A stretch of DNA of 64,000 bases, taken from assembly GCA_023264735.1 (NCBI GenBank), contig JAHFVD010000022.1, forward strand, positions 40,307-104,306. The letters are read 5' to 3'. The DNA comes from Mycobacterium sp. (lineage in GTDB: Bacteria; Actinomycetota; Actinomycetes; Mycobacteriales; Mycobacteriaceae). Both the position numbers and the translations under genes were made by a program. Numbering within the stretch: position 1 is the first letter of the stretch; each line of letters starts with the position of its first letter. Below the pieces are notes generated by a model, which was given only the letters and a program-made list of their open reading frames with translations, did no database searches and was not told the DNA's origin. Of this stretch, positions 34,376 to 49,730 are shown piece by piece.

Positions 34376-34771
34376 ATGAAAATTGCTGAAGCCGCCGGAC
34401 CCCGGCGAAAACTCGGCATCTGTTTCGGCGCCGTCGTCGCCGGCTTGGCCTCGGCGGTCATCGCGGCGCCGTCGGCTATCGCCGCCCCCGACTGCAGCCA
34501 AAGCAACATCGACGCCCAGGTCGCGAACTCGCAGGGGCAGATTCAGGGCTACCTGAACACCCATCCGGATGGTCAGCGGATGCTGATGGCCGCGGCGCTC
34601 CAGCCGCGAGCGCAGGCCTCCGCCACCATCCAGGCGTACGCGCAGGCCAATCCGCAGGAATACCACGAGTTCACCGCGCTCCTGGCTCCCCTGGGCACCC
34701 TGCAGAAGCAGTGCGGCGTTCAGGTCGTCCCGCCCCAGTACCAATGGGCGTTCGACCAGTTCGTCGGTTAA
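34376..34771 (+). CDS. hemophore-related secreted protein (Rv0203-like family)
   Basis: 131 aa with a signal peptide ending AIAAP. The mature part has the C...YL.THP......ANP....L..PL......C pattern of the mycobacterial hemophore-related family. A GGAGGG SD is present. Confidence 0.7.
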   Translation: MKIAEAAGPRRKLGICFGAVVAGLASAVIAAPSAIAAPDCSQSNIDAQVANSQGQIQGYLNTHPDGQRMLMAAALQPRAQASATIQAYAQANPQEYHEFTALLAPLGTLQKQCGVQVVPPQYQWAFDQFVG

Positions 34772-34829
34772 GACTCGGCGTTACGCGTAGGCGGTCGAAA
34801 GGCCGCCTACGCGGACGAGGGGATGGGCA

Positions 34830-36308
34830 ATGACGCCCGACTACGAGACGCTGATCGTCGGCGCCGGATTTTCCGGTATCGGTTCGGCGATCCTGCTCGA
34901 CAAGGCCGGCCTCGGTGATTATCTGATCATCGAAGCCGGCGAGGGCCCCGGCGGGACCTGGTACTGGAACACCTATCCTGGGATCGCCGTCGATATCCCG
35001 TCGTTCTCCTACCAATTCTCCTTCGAGCAGAGCCCGCACTGGTCGCGCACGTACGCGCCAGGTCACGAACTGCGTGCCTACGCCGAACACTGCGTCGAGA
35101 AGTACGGGCTGCGCAGCCGAATCCGCTTCAACACCAAGGTGACCGGAGCGGTGTTCGACGACGAGCACGACATCTGGCGGCTGGAACTGGATTCCGGCGA
35201 CCAGCGCAGCGCACGGTACCTGATCAACGCCAGCGGTGTGCTGACCATCCCCAAGCTGCCCGATATCGACGGGGTGGACTCATTCGCCGGGCTGACCATG
35301 CACACCGCGCGCTGGGACCACACCCAGGACCTGACCGGCAAACGGGTGGCGGTCATCGGCACCGGCGCGTCCGCGGTGCAGGTGATCCCCGAGATCGCAC
35401 CGATTGCCAAGCAGCTCAATGTTTTTCAGCGCACCCCGATCTGGTGCTTCCCGAAGGCGGACCTGCCGATCTCACGGGTCGCCCGCTGGGCGATGCGGGT
35501 GCCCGGCGGCATGTCCCTGCAACGTTTCGTCAGCCAGGCCTACGTCGAGCTGACCTTCCCGCTGGCCGCGCACTATTTCACCATCAACCCGATGGCCCGG
35601 CAGATGTCCGAAATCGGAAAAGCCTACCTGCGCAAGCAAGTTGACGATCCAGAGCTGCGCGACAAGCTCACCCCGCGCTACGCCGTCGGCTGCAAGCGAC
35701 CGGGATTCCACAACACGTATCTGTCCACGTTCAACCGGGACAACGTCGACTTGGTCACCGACCCGATCGACAAGATCACCGGCTCGGGGGTGTCCACCGC
35801 CGACGGTGGCTCCTACGACGTCGACGTCCTGATCCTGGCCACCGGGTTCAAGGTGATGGATACCGACAGCGTGCCGACCTACCCGGTGACGGGTCTAGGC
35901 GGACAGTCGCTGGCCCGGTTCTGGGACGAGAACCGGCTGCAGGCCTACGAGGGCGTCAGCGTGCCGGGCTTTCCGAACATGTTCACGGTGTTCGGGCCGT
36001 ACGGCTATGTGGGGTCGTCGTACTTCGCGCTGATCGAGGCGCAGAGCCACCACATCGTCCGCTGCCTGACACAGGCCCGCCGCACGCGCGCCACCCGTAT
36101 CGAGGTGACGAGCGAGGCCAACGACCGGTTCTTCGCGTCGATGATGGCCAGGCGGCACCGCCAGATCTTCTGGCAGGACAGCTGCAAGCAGGCCAACAGC
36201 TACTACTTCGACAAGAACGGTGACGTGCCGCTCCGGCCGGCCAGCACGGTTGAGGCGTACTGGCACAGCCGGCGCTTCCCGCTCGGCGACTACCGATTCA
36301 CGGCTTGA
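34830..36308 (+). CDS. flavin-dependent Baeyer-Villiger-type monooxygenase
   Basis: 492 aa with FAD GxGxxG (VGAGFSGIG), the BVMO fingerprint FAGLTMHTARWDH, and a second Rossmann motif (VIGTGASAVQ). Confidence 0.85.
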   Translation: MTPDYETLIVGAGFSGIGSAILLDKAGLGDYLIIEAGEGPGGTWYWNTYPGIAVDIPSFSYQFSFEQSPHWSRTYAPGHELRAYAEHCVEKYGLRSRIRFNTKVTGAVFDDEHDIWRLELDSGDQRSARYLINASGVLTIPKLPDIDGVDSFAGLTMHTARWDHTQDLTGKRVAVIGTGASAVQVIPEIAPIAKQLNVFQRTPIWCFPKADLPISRVARWAMRVPGGMSLQRFVSQAYVELTFPLAAHYFTINPMARQMSEIGKAYLRKQVDDPELRDKLTPRYAVGCKRPGFHNTYLSTFNRDNVDLVTDPIDKITGSGVSTADGGSYDVDVLILATGFKVMDTDSVPTYPVTGLGGQSLARFWDENRLQAYEGVSVPGFPNMFTVFGPYGYVGSSYFALIEAQSHHIVRCLTQARRTRATRIEVTSEANDRFFASMMARRHRQIFWQDSCKQANSYYFDKNGDVPLRPASTVEAYWHSRRFPLGDYRFTA

Positions 36309-36315
36309 CCCGCGA

Positions 36316-37524
<1,209 letters not shown>

Positions 37525-37675
37525 AGTGCCATTCCCTTCTCCCGGGTTCATCCCCAAAAAAGTTAGTTCTGCGAATCATATATTCGCCCCTGACAGACCA
37601 AACCGGGACGGTACGTTCCCGCGCAACCATTAGGCGCACATTTCTTCTAATCGACGCCGTTCTAATTGCCGACCG

Positions 37676-38923
37676 CTAGGCCTCGCGCCGCAGCAGCGAG
37701 GCGATCGCGTCCACGATACGACTTGCCATCAGTGTCTTCGATCCGTGTTCCAGTGCGGCCTCGGTGCCGTCGGCACCCAGCAGCCACCCGTCGTTGCTGT
37801 CCACCTCGAAGGCACGGCCCTCGCCGACCGCGTTGACGACGAGAAGATCACACCCCTTGCGCGCCAACTTCGCCCGGGCGTGGAAGAGCACGTCGCCTTC
37901 TCTGTCGCCGGTCTCAGCGGCGAAACCCACGATGGCCCGCATATTGGGCAGCTGCCCGTCGGTACGCTGGCGCACCGCACCGGCCAGCACGTCGTCGGTG
38001 CGCACCAACTCGATCGCCGGCGCATCCACCACATCGGGCTTCTTCTTGATCTTGCTGGCCTCCACATGGGCCGGCCGGAAGTCGGCGACGGCTGCGGCCA
38101 TGACGAGGACGTGGGCGTCCGGCGCGTGCTTGGTCACCGCCTCGTGCAGCTGTGCGGCGGAGGTGATGTTCAGGACCTCGACGCCGGCGGGCTCGGCCAG
38201 TCCGGCGGTGTTGCCGGCGATCAGCGTGACGTCGGCGCCGCGCTGGGCTGCCACCCTGGCCACCGCGTAACCCTGCTTACCGGAGCTCCGGTTCCCGATG
38301 AAGCGGACGGGATCGATGGCTTCGCGGGTGCCACCCGCGCTCACCAGCAGCTTGATGCCGTTCAGGTCGTACGGCAGCGCATCGGAGCGGGCCAGCAGCA
38401 GTTCGGCGAAGGTGGTGATCTCCTCGGGCTCGGGCAGCCGCCCGGGGCCAGTGTCGGCGCCGGTGAGGCGGCCGGAGGCGGGTTCGAGCACGACCGCGCC
38501 GCGGCTGCGCAACGTCGCGACGTTCTCGACGGTAGCCGGGTGCAACCACATCTCGGTGTGCATGGCCGGGGCGAACAGCACCGGGCAGCGAGCCGTCAGC
38601 AGGGTTGCGGTCAGCAAGTCGTCGGCGCGGCCGGCGACGGCGCGGGCCAGCAGGTCCGCGGTGGCCGGTGCGACGACGACGAGGTCAGCTTCCTGCCCGA
38701 GTCGGACGTGCGGGACTTCGTCGACGTCCTCGAAGACGCCGGTGCGGACCGGATGCCCGGAGAGCGCCTCGAACGTCGCGGCGCCGACGAATCGCAATGC
38801 CGATTCGGTAGGGACCACGCGGACGTCATGCCCGCCCTCGCTGAGCTGACGGACCACCGAGCACGCCTTGTATGCGGCGATGCCTCCGGCGACGCCGACG
38901 ATGATCCGCTTGCGGTTCATCAA
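37676..38923 (-). CDS. coaBC: bifunctional phosphopantothenoylcysteine decarboxylase / phosphopantothenate-cysteine ligase
   Basis: 415 aa with an N-terminal flavoprotein domain (IIVGVAGGIAAYKA) and a C-terminal DFP ligase domain. Confidence 0.95.
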   Translation of the reverse strand: MMNRKRIIVGVAGGIAAYKACSVVRQLSEGGHDVRVVPTESALRFVGAATFEALSGHPVRTGVFEDVDEVPHVRLGQEADLVVVAPATADLLARAVAGRADDLLTATLLTARCPVLFAPAMHTEMWLHPATVENVATLRSRGAVVLEPASGRLTGADTGPGRLPEPEEITTFAELLLARSDALPYDLNGIKLLVSAGGTREAIDPVRFIGNRSSGKQGYAVARVAAQRGADVTLIAGNTAGLAEPAGVEVLNITSAAQLHEAVTKHAPDAHVLVMAAAVADFRPAHVEASKIKKKPDVVDAPAIELVRTDDVLAGAVRQRTDGQLPNMRAIVGFAAETGDREGDVLFHARAKLARKGCDLLVVNAVGEGRAFEVDSNDGWLLGADGTEAALEHGSKTLMASRIVDAIASLLRREA

Positions 38924-38942
38924 CTAGCCCGGGCTTGGTGAG

Positions 38943-39245
38943 CTACTCGCCTTCGGTGTGTTCGAGCAGATCGCCGTGGATCTCGCGCAGCGAGATCGAC
39001 AGTGGCTTCTCCTGCAGGCCGGGCTCCACCAGCGGGCCGACGTATTCGAGGATGCCGTCGCCGAGCTGGTTGTAGTAGTCGTTGATCTGGCGCGCACGCT
39101 TGGCGGCGTAGATGACCAGCGCGTACTTGCTCGACACCCGGTCCAGCAACTCGTCAATGGGCGGGTTGGTGATGCCCAGCGGTGTGTCATAAGCGGTTGC
39201 GGCACCCGGGGCCGGATCGTAGTGATCCGAGCTGGCTTGCGTCAC
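38943..39245 (-). CDS. rpoZ: DNA-directed RNA polymerase subunit omega
   Basis: 100 aa, [37 protein letters not shown]. Confidence 0.93.
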   Translation of the reverse strand: MTQASSDHYDPAPGAATAYDTPLGITNPPIDELLDRVSSKYALVIYAAKRARQINDYYNQLGDGILEYVGPLVEPGLQEKPLSISLREIHGDLLEHTEGE

Positions 39246-39319
39246 GTAGAACTTCTTCCTGGCGGATTGTGCGGATTAAAAAATTGGAGTTATCGACGTC
39301 TCACGCCGGCTTCGGGGCA

Positions 39320-39934
39320 TCAATCTTGCGCGCCCACCAGCAAGGATACCAATTCAGCGCAGGTCGAATCCAATTGGCTGTTCACCACGACGACATCGAA
39401 CCCGCCCTGAGCGGCCAGTTCGGCGCGGGCGGTGGCCAGTCGGCGCGTTCGCACCTCCGGGGTTTCGGTGCCGCGGTCGGTCAGCCGCTGTTCGAGCGTC
39501 TCCCAGCTGGGTGGCGCCAGGAACACCGTCAACGCCTCGGGCATCGCCCGTTTGACGGCTTCGGCGCCAGCCAGATCGACCTCGATCAGGACGGGATGTC
39601 CCGCCGTCACAGCCTCGGCCACTGGCGCGGCGAGGGTGCCGGAGCGCTGCAGTCCGTTGTGGATTTCTGCCCATTCGAGCAATTGACCGTCGTCGATCAA
39701 CTGCTGGAACTGCTCGGGAGTGACGAAGTGGTAGTCGACGCCGTCCACTTCACCGGGGCGCCGGTCCCTGGTGGTTGCCGACACGCTGAAATGCAAATCG
39801 GGCACCTGCGTGCGCAGGCGGCCAACGACTGTCGACTTCCCTACCCCGGATGGCCCGGACAGCACCACCACTCGGCCACGGCCGCGGTGGTCGGGCGTTA
39901 TGCCCGCGCTGTCCGGCCCTCCGCCGGCATTCAC
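39320..39934 (-). CDS. gmk: guanylate kinase
   Basis: 204 aa, P-loop [20 protein letters not shown]-type motifs. Confidence 0.93.
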   Translation of the reverse strand: MNAGGGPDSAGITPDHRGRGRVVVLSGPSGVGKSTVVGRLRTQVPDLHFSVSATTRDRRPGEVDGVDYHFVTPEQFQQLIDDGQLLEWAEIHNGLQRSGTLAAPVAEAVTAGHPVLIEVDLAGAEAVKRAMPEALTVFLAPPSWETLEQRLTDRGTETPEVRTRRLATARAELAAQGGFDVVVVNSQLDSTCAELVSLLVGAQD

Positions 39935-39936
39935 TC

Positions 39937-40260
39937 TTAGTCGGAAGTGAAGTCGAACTTTTCCAGCAGTGCCTTGCGCTGCCGATCGCCGAGGCCACGC
40001 AAGCGGCGCGTCGGGGCGATCTCCAGTTCGGTCATGATTTCCTGAGCCTTGACCTTGCCCACCTTGGGCAGGGCTTCCAGCAGTGCGGAAACCTTCATCT
40101 TGCCGAGAACCTCGTCGGACTCAGCGTCCTTGAGCACCTGCTTGAGGTTGGTGCCACCACGCTTGAGCCGATCCTTGAGCTCAGCTCGTGCGCGACGCGC
40201 GGCAGCAGCCTTCTCCAACGCGGCTGCGCGCTGCTCGTCGGTCAACTGGGGAAGGGCCAC
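39937..40260 (-). CDS. mihF: integration host factor MihF
   Basis: 107 aa, [32 protein letters not shown] start preceded by GGAGGAA. Confidence 0.9.
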   Translation of the reverse strand: MALPQLTDEQRAAALEKAAAARRARAELKDRLKRGGTNLKQVLKDAESDEVLGKMKVSALLEALPKVGKVKAQEIMTELEIAPTRRLRGLGDRQRKALLEKFDFTSD

Positions 40261-40729
40261 GGGTTCCTCCGTCTCATCACCATCATTGTTTTGCCTGGGC
40301 CGGGTACTTCAGCCAGCGACAGCGACCGTACCCACGCCACCTGACGAAATCTAACCCCACCCCCTGCTTACCGGTGCAAACCCGCAGGATATGGCCCAAG
40401 ATCATCTTGTCTGGACAGCTGTCGGGACAGCGTTCCGGGCCATTTTCGGGGGCATTCGGGAATCCGATGACCGCCCCGAAAATGGCCTTCTAGCTGCGCT
40501 TTTTCGATATCGCACCACGTGGCCGACGACGGGGAGCTCCGCGCAGGCACCCGGTTGAGGTCAAATTTCACCTCACAGGCAGGTCGCGGCGTGTCGGGCG
40601 TGTCGAAGCCGCTATCGACGGTCACTGACCGCACACACAGCTGCGCGACATATTTTGCATAGCCGGGCTACCTAGCGTGGGACGTGTCGGGGTTTCCAAT
40701 GGCTGATTCGAACCTCGAAGGGGCGTGCC

Positions 40730-41005
40730 ATGTCCATCACCTATTCCACCCGCGTTGCCGGCCGGATTGCCGGGCGGCCCGTGCGGGTTCCGGGGCTGCC
40801 AGGGAGCCGGTGAGCGCGGCCCTGGCGGTCCCCCGCCGGATCGCCGCGGCCCCCCGGCCCGGCCGACTGGCGCGGAGACCCTGGTGGCGGGCCTGGTGGG
40901 CCGCAATGGCCTGGCGGCGACGACCGCGGCTGGCGTGCCCCGGTGTTCGACCCTGGCTACCAGAACTGGGGCTTCCGGCTGTTCGGAGTGTGGATTCCGC
41001 TGTAA
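40730..41005 (+). pseudogene. small Trp/Gly/Pro-rich ORF interrupted by an in-frame TGA (possible pseudogene or readthrough gene)
   Basis: A single frame with high GC3 on both sides of the TGA at 40811 reads MSITYSTRVAGRIAGRPVRVPGLPGSR-stop-ARPWRSPAGSPRPPGPADWRGDPGGGPGGPQWPGGDDRGWRAPVFDPGYQNWGFRLFGVWIPL-stop. GAAGGGG lies 6 nt upstream of the ATG. There is no restart codon after the TGA. Confidence 0.3.
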
Positions 41006-41019
41006 GCCGGCTCGCGGCG

Positions 41020-41844
41020 TCAGGCGAGGTAGGCGACCTCGTCGCGCAGCTTCTCGCCTGCCGCCCGGACCGCGTCGGCGTTCGGTCCGGCGCGCAGGAC
41101 TTCGCGCGACACCGCGGGCAGCAGCTGCCCGGGTCGGGCGCCCCCGAGACCGCCGAGCGCTTCGGGGCGTCCACCCTGGGCGCCGACACCGGGCACCAGC
41201 ACCGGCCCGCCCAGGTCGCTGAGATCGGGCACGACCTCCAGCGTCGCGCCGACGACCACACCGACCGAACCCGGGTTCGGTAGCCCGGCCCGGTTCACGG
41301 CAGCGGCGTCATCGACGACGGATTGCGCCACCGTGCGCTCGCCTGCGAGCGCCCGCTGCACCGACGCACCTTCCGGGTTGGACGTGGCGGCGAGGACGAA
41401 CACGCCGCGTCCGTTGGCGGCGGCCAGGTCCAAAAGTGGCTGCAGCGAACCGAATCCGAGATACGGCGACGCGGTGACGGCGTCGGCCGCCAGCGGACCG
41501 GTCCCAGCCCAGGCCTGCGCGTAGGCGGCCATCGTCGACCCGATGTCGCCGCGCTTGGCGTCGGCCAGCACCAGTACCCCGGCCTCCCGCAGTGCGGCCA
41601 TCGTGTTCTCCAGCACCGCGAAACCCGCTGAGCCGTAAGCCTCGAAGAACGCCACCTGCGGCTTGACGATCGCGAACCCGGCGAAGGCCTGCACGCAGAT
41701 CTCGCTGAACCGGGCCAGGCCCTCGGCGCTGACCGGTAGGCCCCACGCGCGCAACAGTTCCGGGTGGGGATCGATGCCGAGGCACAGCGGTCCGCGCGCG
41801 GACATCGCGGCGGCCAGCCTGGCGCCGAACCCGCGCTCAGTCAT
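41020..41844 (-). CDS. pyrF: orotidine 5-prime-phosphate decarboxylase (type 2)
   Basis: 274 aa, [20 protein letters not shown]. Confidence 0.93.
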   Translation of the reverse strand: MTERGFGARLAAAMSARGPLCLGIDPHPELLRAWGLPVSAEGLARFSEICVQAFAGFAIVKPQVAFFEAYGSAGFAVLENTMAALREAGVLVLADAKRGDIGSTMAAYAQAWAGTGPLAADAVTASPYLGFGSLQPLLDLAAANGRGVFVLAATSNPEGASVQRALAGERTVAQSVVDDAAAVNRAGLPNPGSVGVVVGATLEVVPDLSDLGGPVLVPGVGAQGGRPEALGGLGGARPGQLLPAVSREVLRAGPNADAVRAAGEKLRDEVAYLA

Positions 41845-41852
41845 CGGCCATC

Positions 41853-45194
<3,342 letters not shown>

Positions 45195-46328
45195 TTAGCG
45201 CTTCCCCTCGTCCATCAGGTCCACGAATTGGTCGAACAGGTAGTTCGCGTCATGGGGTCCGGCCGCCGCCTCCGGGTGGTACTGCACCGAAAAGGCCTTT
45301 CCGTTGGCGAGTTTGATGCCTTCGACGACGCCGTCGTTGGCGCAGGTGTGGCTGACCAGCGCGGGGCCGAAGTCGGTGTCGAAATGCTCCCCGGCCTCAC
45401 CTTCCAGCGCGAAGCCGTGGTTCTGCGCGGTGATCGCGACAGTGCCGGTGGCGTGGTCGATCACCGGCACGTTGATGCCGCGGTGGCCGAACACCATCTT
45501 GTAGGTGGACCGCCCCAACGCCCGGCCCAGGATCTGATTTCCGAAACAGATTCCGAACAGCGGGATCTCGGCCCCGAGAACCTCCCGGGTGACCCCGACG
45601 ACGTGGTCGGCGGTGGCCGGGTCGCCCGGGCCGTTGGACAGGAACACCCCGTCCGGCTTCAGTTCGGCGATCTGCTCGAAGGTCGCTGCCGACGAGAGCA
45701 CGTGGGTGCGAATGCCGCGCTTGGCGAAGTTGCGCGGCGTGTTGGTCTTGATGCCCAGGTCGAGCGCGACGACGGTGAACCGTTGCAGCCCTTCGGGATC
45801 GACGATATAGCTCTCCGGCGTACTGACCTCGCCGGCCAGATCGGCGCCGAGCATGGCGGGCTGGCTGCGCACCCGGCGCAGCAGCTCCGCTACGTCCTTT
45901 GCGGAGGACAGCGCGTCGCCGGAGAACACCCCGGCCTTCATCGAGCCCCGCGAGCGCAGGTGGCGCACGATCGCGCGGGTGTCGACACCGGCGATGCCGA
46001 CGATGCGCTGGCGCTTGAGCTCGTCGTCCAGCGTTCCGGTGGCCCGCCAGTTCGAGGCGCGCGGCGAGGGGTCGCGCACCACGTAGCCGGCCACCCAGAT
46101 CTTGTCGCCGCGACTTTCGGCGTCTTCGTGGTTCCAGCCGGTGTTGCCGATCTGCGGGGCGGTGGCCACCACGATCTGGCGGTGATAACTAGGGTCGGTC
46201 AGCGTCTCCTGGTATCCGGACATCCCGGTGGAGAACACCGCTTCGCCGAGAGTCTCTCCGGCCGCACCGAATTCGGTGCCGGTGTAGACCCGCCCGTCCT
46301 CCAATACCAGATGGGCTTTACCCGTCAC
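45195..46328 (-). CDS. carA: carbamoyl-phosphate synthase small (glutaminase) subunit
   Basis: The GTG at 46328 ([17 protein letters not shown]) forms a GTGA overlap with the upstream stop and gives 377 aa. GATase triad context is GICFGNQ. The longer ORF extension is not CarA-like. Confidence 0.95.
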   Translation of the reverse strand: MTGKAHLVLEDGRVYTGTEFGAAGETLGEAVFSTGMSGYQETLTDPSYHRQIVVATAPQIGNTGWNHEDAESRGDKIWVAGYVVRDPSPRASNWRATGTLDDELKRQRIVGIAGVDTRAIVRHLRSRGSMKAGVFSGDALSSAKDVAELLRRVRSQPAMLGADLAGEVSTPESYIVDPEGLQRFTVVALDLGIKTNTPRNFAKRGIRTHVLSSAATFEQIAELKPDGVFLSNGPGDPATADHVVGVTREVLGAEIPLFGICFGNQILGRALGRSTYKMVFGHRGINVPVIDHATGTVAITAQNHGFALEGEAGEHFDTDFGPALVSHTCANDGVVEGIKLANGKAFSVQYHPEAAAGPHDANYLFDQFVDLMDEGKR

Positions 46329-46822
46329 GCTGCTTCTCCTGTTGTCGTCCATCGTGCATAGTCGCTGCGGTCGTCGCCGCGAAAGCCTGTGTCGATCTCG
46401 GTGCCCGACGGCAACCGCCACCGAATCGCCAGGATGCCCGCCACTTTTCCCGCCAAGGCACGCTCGGCGCGGATGCCGGCGATCGCGTCCTGCGGAATCC
46501 AGATCGGGGTGGCGCCGGAGCGTTCGAGCAGGATCCCCTCCGGGTAGCGGGTGAGCACCGCCTTGGACCGGAAACCCAGGTCGCCGGCGGCGATGCGTTC
46601 CAGCCACTTGCCTGCCAGCGTACTGCCGACATAGAGGCCCCTGGTCGGCGCAATGATGGCCGAGCTCAGCAGATCCGGCATCGACGGCAGTTCACCGAGC
46701 AGTGCGAGCTGTCGCTTGGCGCGGTGCTTCCAGCCACGCAGCATGCGCCCGATCAGAAAGCCGATGGCGACGACGATGAGAAAGGCGAAGATGTACGCCC
46801 CGATCGCCGTACCCGTATTCAC
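46325..46822 (-). CDS. membrane-anchored PH-like protein conserved inside the mycobacterial pyr operon (Rv1382-like)
   Basis: 165 aa with one N-terminal TM helix. Translationally coupled to pyrC (upstream) and carA (downstream). Confidence 0.75.
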   Translation of the reverse strand: MNTGTAIGAYIFAFLIVVAIGFLIGRMLRGWKHRAKRQLALLGELPSMPDLLSSAIIAPTRGLYVGSTLAGKWLERIAAGDLGFRSKAVLTRYPEGILLERSGATPIWIPQDAIAGIRAERALAGKVAGILAIRWRLPSGTEIDTGFRGDDRSDYARWTTTGEAA

Positions 46823-48111
46823 GCTGGGCTCTTCCCGTCCCGCGCCGTGACAGTCCCCCGCAACAACGTCGCGGTGACCGTCGCGGGCAACGTCATCGCC
46901 GCGAACGGGGTGTTGGCCGAGCGGCTGGCCAGCTCGGTGCCCTCGACGATCCAGGTGCCGTCCGGGTCGACGATGACGAGGTTGGCGGGCTCCCCCACCT
47001 CCAGCGGGCGACCCTGATCGTCCAGTCCGACGATGCTGGCCGGGTTCTCGCTCATCACCCGCGCCACACCCCGCCAGTCCAGCAGGCCCGTCTGCACCAT
47101 CGTCTCGACGACGACCGACAGCGCGGTCTGCAGGCCGAGCATGCCGGGCCGGGCCTGGGAGAATTCACAACACTTCTCCTGCTCGGCGTGCGGCGCGTGG
47201 TCGGTGGCCACACAGTCGAGCACTCCGTCGGCCAGCGCCTGACGCAGGGCCTGCACGTCGGTGGCCTCCCGCAGCGGCGGGTTGACCCGGTTCACGCCGT
47301 CGTAGGTGGTCAGCCGGCTGTCGTCGAGCAGGAGGTGGTGCGGCGTGACCTCGGCGGTGATCGAAATACCCTGCTGTTTAGCCCATTTGATGAGCTCGAC
47401 GGTCCCGGCCGTGGAGGCGTGGCAGATGTGCACCCGGGCACCGGCGTCGCGGGCGAGCAGTGCGTCTCGGGCCACGATCGATTCCTCGGCGGCGCGCGGC
47501 CAGCCGGCCAACCCGAGCCGGGCGGCGTTGGGGCCTTCGTGGGCGACGGCGCCGACAGTGAGCCGCGGCTCCTCGGCATGCTGGGCGATCAGCACCCCCA
47601 GGCCGGTGGCGTACTCCAGCGCGCGGCGCATCACCAGCGGGTCGTGCACGCAGATGCCGTCGTCGGAGAACATCTTGACCTGCGCCACACCGGCTGCCAT
47701 CAAACCCATTTCGGTGAGCTGTTTGCCTTCCAGCCCCACCGTCACGGCACCCACCGGGTGCACGTCGACCAGGCCGACCTGCTGACCGCGCCGCCACACG
47801 TGGTCGGTGACCACCGGGCTGTCAGCCACCGGATCGGTATTGGCCATCGCGAACACCGCGGTGTAGCCGCCCAGTGCGGCTGCGGCCGAGCCGGTTTCGA
47901 TGTCCTCAGCGTATTCCCGGCCGGGCTCACGCAGATGGGTATGCAGGTCGACGAAGCCGGGCAGCAGCACCTGACCGGCGGCATCGATCACGTCGGCATC
48001 GTCGGGCACGGCCAGCTTCGGGCCGATCTCGGCGATCTGGCCGTCGGCCACCAGGACGTCGACCTGATCACCCTCGCCGTACAACCGCACACCGCGGATG
48101 AACACGCTCAT
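46819..48111 (-). CDS. pyrC: dihydroorotase
   Basis: 430 aa, [10 protein letters not shown] metal motif, ATDHAPH. Confidence 0.95.
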   Translation of the reverse strand: MSVFIRGVRLYGEGDQVDVLVADGQIAEIGPKLAVPDDADVIDAAGQVLLPGFVDLHTHLREPGREYAEDIETGSAAAALGGYTAVFAMANTDPVADSPVVTDHVWRRGQQVGLVDVHPVGAVTVGLEGKQLTEMGLMAAGVAQVKMFSDDGICVHDPLVMRRALEYATGLGVLIAQHAEEPRLTVGAVAHEGPNAARLGLAGWPRAAEESIVARDALLARDAGARVHICHASTAGTVELIKWAKQQGISITAEVTPHHLLLDDSRLTTYDGVNRVNPPLREATDVQALRQALADGVLDCVATDHAPHAEQEKCCEFSQARPGMLGLQTALSVVVETMVQTGLLDWRGVARVMSENPASIVGLDDQGRPLEVGEPANLVIVDPDGTWIVEGTELASRSANTPFAAMTLPATVTATLLRGTVTARDGKSPA

Positions 48112-49061
48112 ACCGACACCGCCTCGTCCGTGCCGACCAGCAGATGGAACAGCACCGCCATCCGCACGTGCACACCGTTGGAAACCTGTTGCAGCACAGC
48201 CGATTGCGACGAATCCGCGGCGGCGAACGAGATCTCCATACCGCGCAGCATCGGGCCGGGGTGCAGCACCACCGCATGCCCGGGCAGCACCGCCTGCCGG
48301 CGATCGGAGAGCCCGTAGCGAATCGAGTACTCGCGCTCGGACGGGAAGAACCCGCCGTTCATCCGCTCGGCCTGCACCCGCAGCATCATCACCGCGTCGG
48401 CGGCCGGCAGTTCGGCGTCCAGATCGTGCGACACCGTGACCGGCCAGTCCTGCACCCCCACCGGCAGCAGGGTGGGCGGGGAGACCAGCACCACCTCGGC
48501 GCCCAGCGTGGACAGCAGCGACACATTCGAGCGGGCCACCCGGCTGTGCAGGATGTCGCCGACGATCACCACCCGGCGGCCCTCGATCTCCCCGAGCCGC
48601 TGGCGCAGCGTCAGCGCGTCCAGCAGCGCCTGGGTGGGATGCTCATGCGTGCCGTCACCGGCATTGATGACCGACGGACCGGTGCCGTCGTCCTCGAGTG
48701 TCCACTCCGCCAGCTGTTGAGCCGCCCCCGACGCCGGGTGCCGGATGATCAGCGCGTCGGCGCCGGCCGCGCGCAGGGTCAGCGCGGTGTCCCGCAGGGA
48801 TTCACCCTTGGCCACCGAGGAGCCCGACGAGCTGACGTTGATCACGTCGGCGCTCATCCACTTGCCTGCGACCTCGAACGACACCCGGGTTCGGGTGGAG
48901 TTCTCGTAGAACATCGTGATGATCGTGCGTCCGCGCAGTGTGGGCAGCTTCTTGACCTCGCGGCCCAGCAGCGCCTGCCGGAACCGGTCAGCGTCGTCGA
49001 GGATAGCGGTGGCCTGGTCGCGGGTCAGATCCCCCGCCGACAGCAGATGCCTGATCGTCAT
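48108..49061 (-). CDS. pyrB: aspartate carbamoyltransferase catalytic subunit
   Basis: The ATG at 49061 ([12 protein letters not shown]) overlaps the pyrR stop (ATGA) and gives 317 aa. Motifs ENSTRTR and HPTQ present. The upstream ORF extension is Arg/Pro-rich noise. Confidence 0.95.
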   Translation of the reverse strand: MTIRHLLSAGDLTRDQATAILDDADRFRQALLGREVKKLPTLRGRTIITMFYENSTRTRVSFEVAGKWMSADVINVSSSGSSVAKGESLRDTALTLRAAGADALIIRHPASGAAQQLAEWTLEDDGTGPSVINAGDGTHEHPTQALLDALTLRQRLGEIEGRRVVIVGDILHSRVARSNVSLLSTLGAEVVLVSPPTLLPVGVQDWPVTVSHDLDAELPAADAVMMLRVQAERMNGGFFPSEREYSIRYGLSDRRQAVLPGHAVVLHPGPMLRGMEISFAAADSSQSAVLQQVSNGVHVRMAVLFHLLVGTDEAVSV

Positions 49062-49624
49062 CGCGCAGGTCCTCCCTGGGGTGCGATCCAGATACCTTCG
49101 ACGCCGTCGTCCTCCACAAGCCGCACCTTGACGTTCTCGCTGCGCGAGGTGGGCACGTTTTTGCCGACGTAGTCCGCCCGCAGCGGCAGTTCGCGGTGGC
49201 CGCGGTCGACGAGAACGGCCAGTTGCACCACCGTCGGCCTGCCGATATCGCGCAGGGCGTCCAGCGCCGAGCGAACTGATCGACCGGTGTAGAGCACGTC
49301 GTCGACCAGGATCACCAGGGCGCCGTCGATTCCACTCGCGGGGATCGACGTCTTCTCCAGCGCGCGCGGCGGCTTGAAGTCCAGGTCGTCGCGGTACAGC
49401 GTGATGTCGAGGCCGCCGCACTCGACCGTGATACCGGAGAACTCGTCGATTTTCGCGGCCAGCCGGTTGGCCAGGGTGACGCCCCTCGTCGGGATGCCGA
49501 GGAGGATGACGCGGGGTGCGTCAGGGGCGTCAAGAGCGGTCTTTTCGATGATCTGGTGGGCGATGCGGGAAACGGTTCTACCGACGTCCGCACCGGACAT
49601 CAATTCACGGTCGTCTGCGCCCAC
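49058..49624 (-). CDS. pyrR: bifunctional pyrimidine operon regulator / uracil phosphoribosyltransferase PyrR
   Basis: The GTG at 49624 is preceded by GAAGGAGG at 12 nt. 188 aa, [25 protein letters not shown] motif. Confidence 0.92.
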   Translation of the reverse strand: MGADDRELMSGADVGRTVSRIAHQIIEKTALDAPDAPRVILLGIPTRGVTLANRLAAKIDEFSGITVECGGLDITLYRDDLDFKPPRALEKTSIPASGIDGALVILVDDVLYTGRSVRSALDALRDIGRPTVVQLAVLVDRGHRELPLRADYVGKNVPTSRSENVKVRLVEDDGVEGIWIAPQGGPAR

Positions 49625-49636
49625 GAGCTGACCGGA

Positions 49637-49665
49637 CCTCCTTCTCCGCCTCTCTGGACGGATCG
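49637..49665 (-). promoter_or_regulatory. PyrR-binding RNA loop next to the pyrR Shine-Dalgarno (translational repression element)
   Basis: The minus-strand RNA reads AUCCGUCCAGAGAGGCGGAGAAGGAGG. UCCAGAGAGGC matches the PyrR binding-loop consensus (A/G)UCCAGAGAGG(C/U), is flanked by a CCG/CGG stem, and sits immediately 5-prime of the SD. Confidence 0.6.
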
Positions 49666-49730
49666 TTAAAGGATGTCGAACTGCCGGGCAGCTTAACACC
49701 CACCTGTCCATCTTCTCGAACCGCTCTTGC

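Noticed and set aside
37558-37675. Possible SAM riboswitch or operator upstream of metK. There is a GCGAAT-N5-ATTCGC inverted repeat at 37574-37590 and a CGGGA...TCCCG hairpin.
   Set aside because: The whole spacer is only ~120-150 nt and shows none of the SAM-I/SAM-IV conserved cores that I can recognise. The short palindrome overlaps a TATAT-rich stretch that is more simply a -10 region. It is too weak to call.
40261-41019. ORFs 40684-41283 (+), 40725-41222 (+), 40737-41261 (-), 40622-40906 (-) and 40368-40634 (-) in the mihF-pyrF gap.
   Set aside because: Their translations are Arg/Pro/Ala/Gly strings without structure, and several overlap pyrF. Only the third plus-strand frame (40730-41005) shows a protein-like C-terminus, and that one is reported separately.
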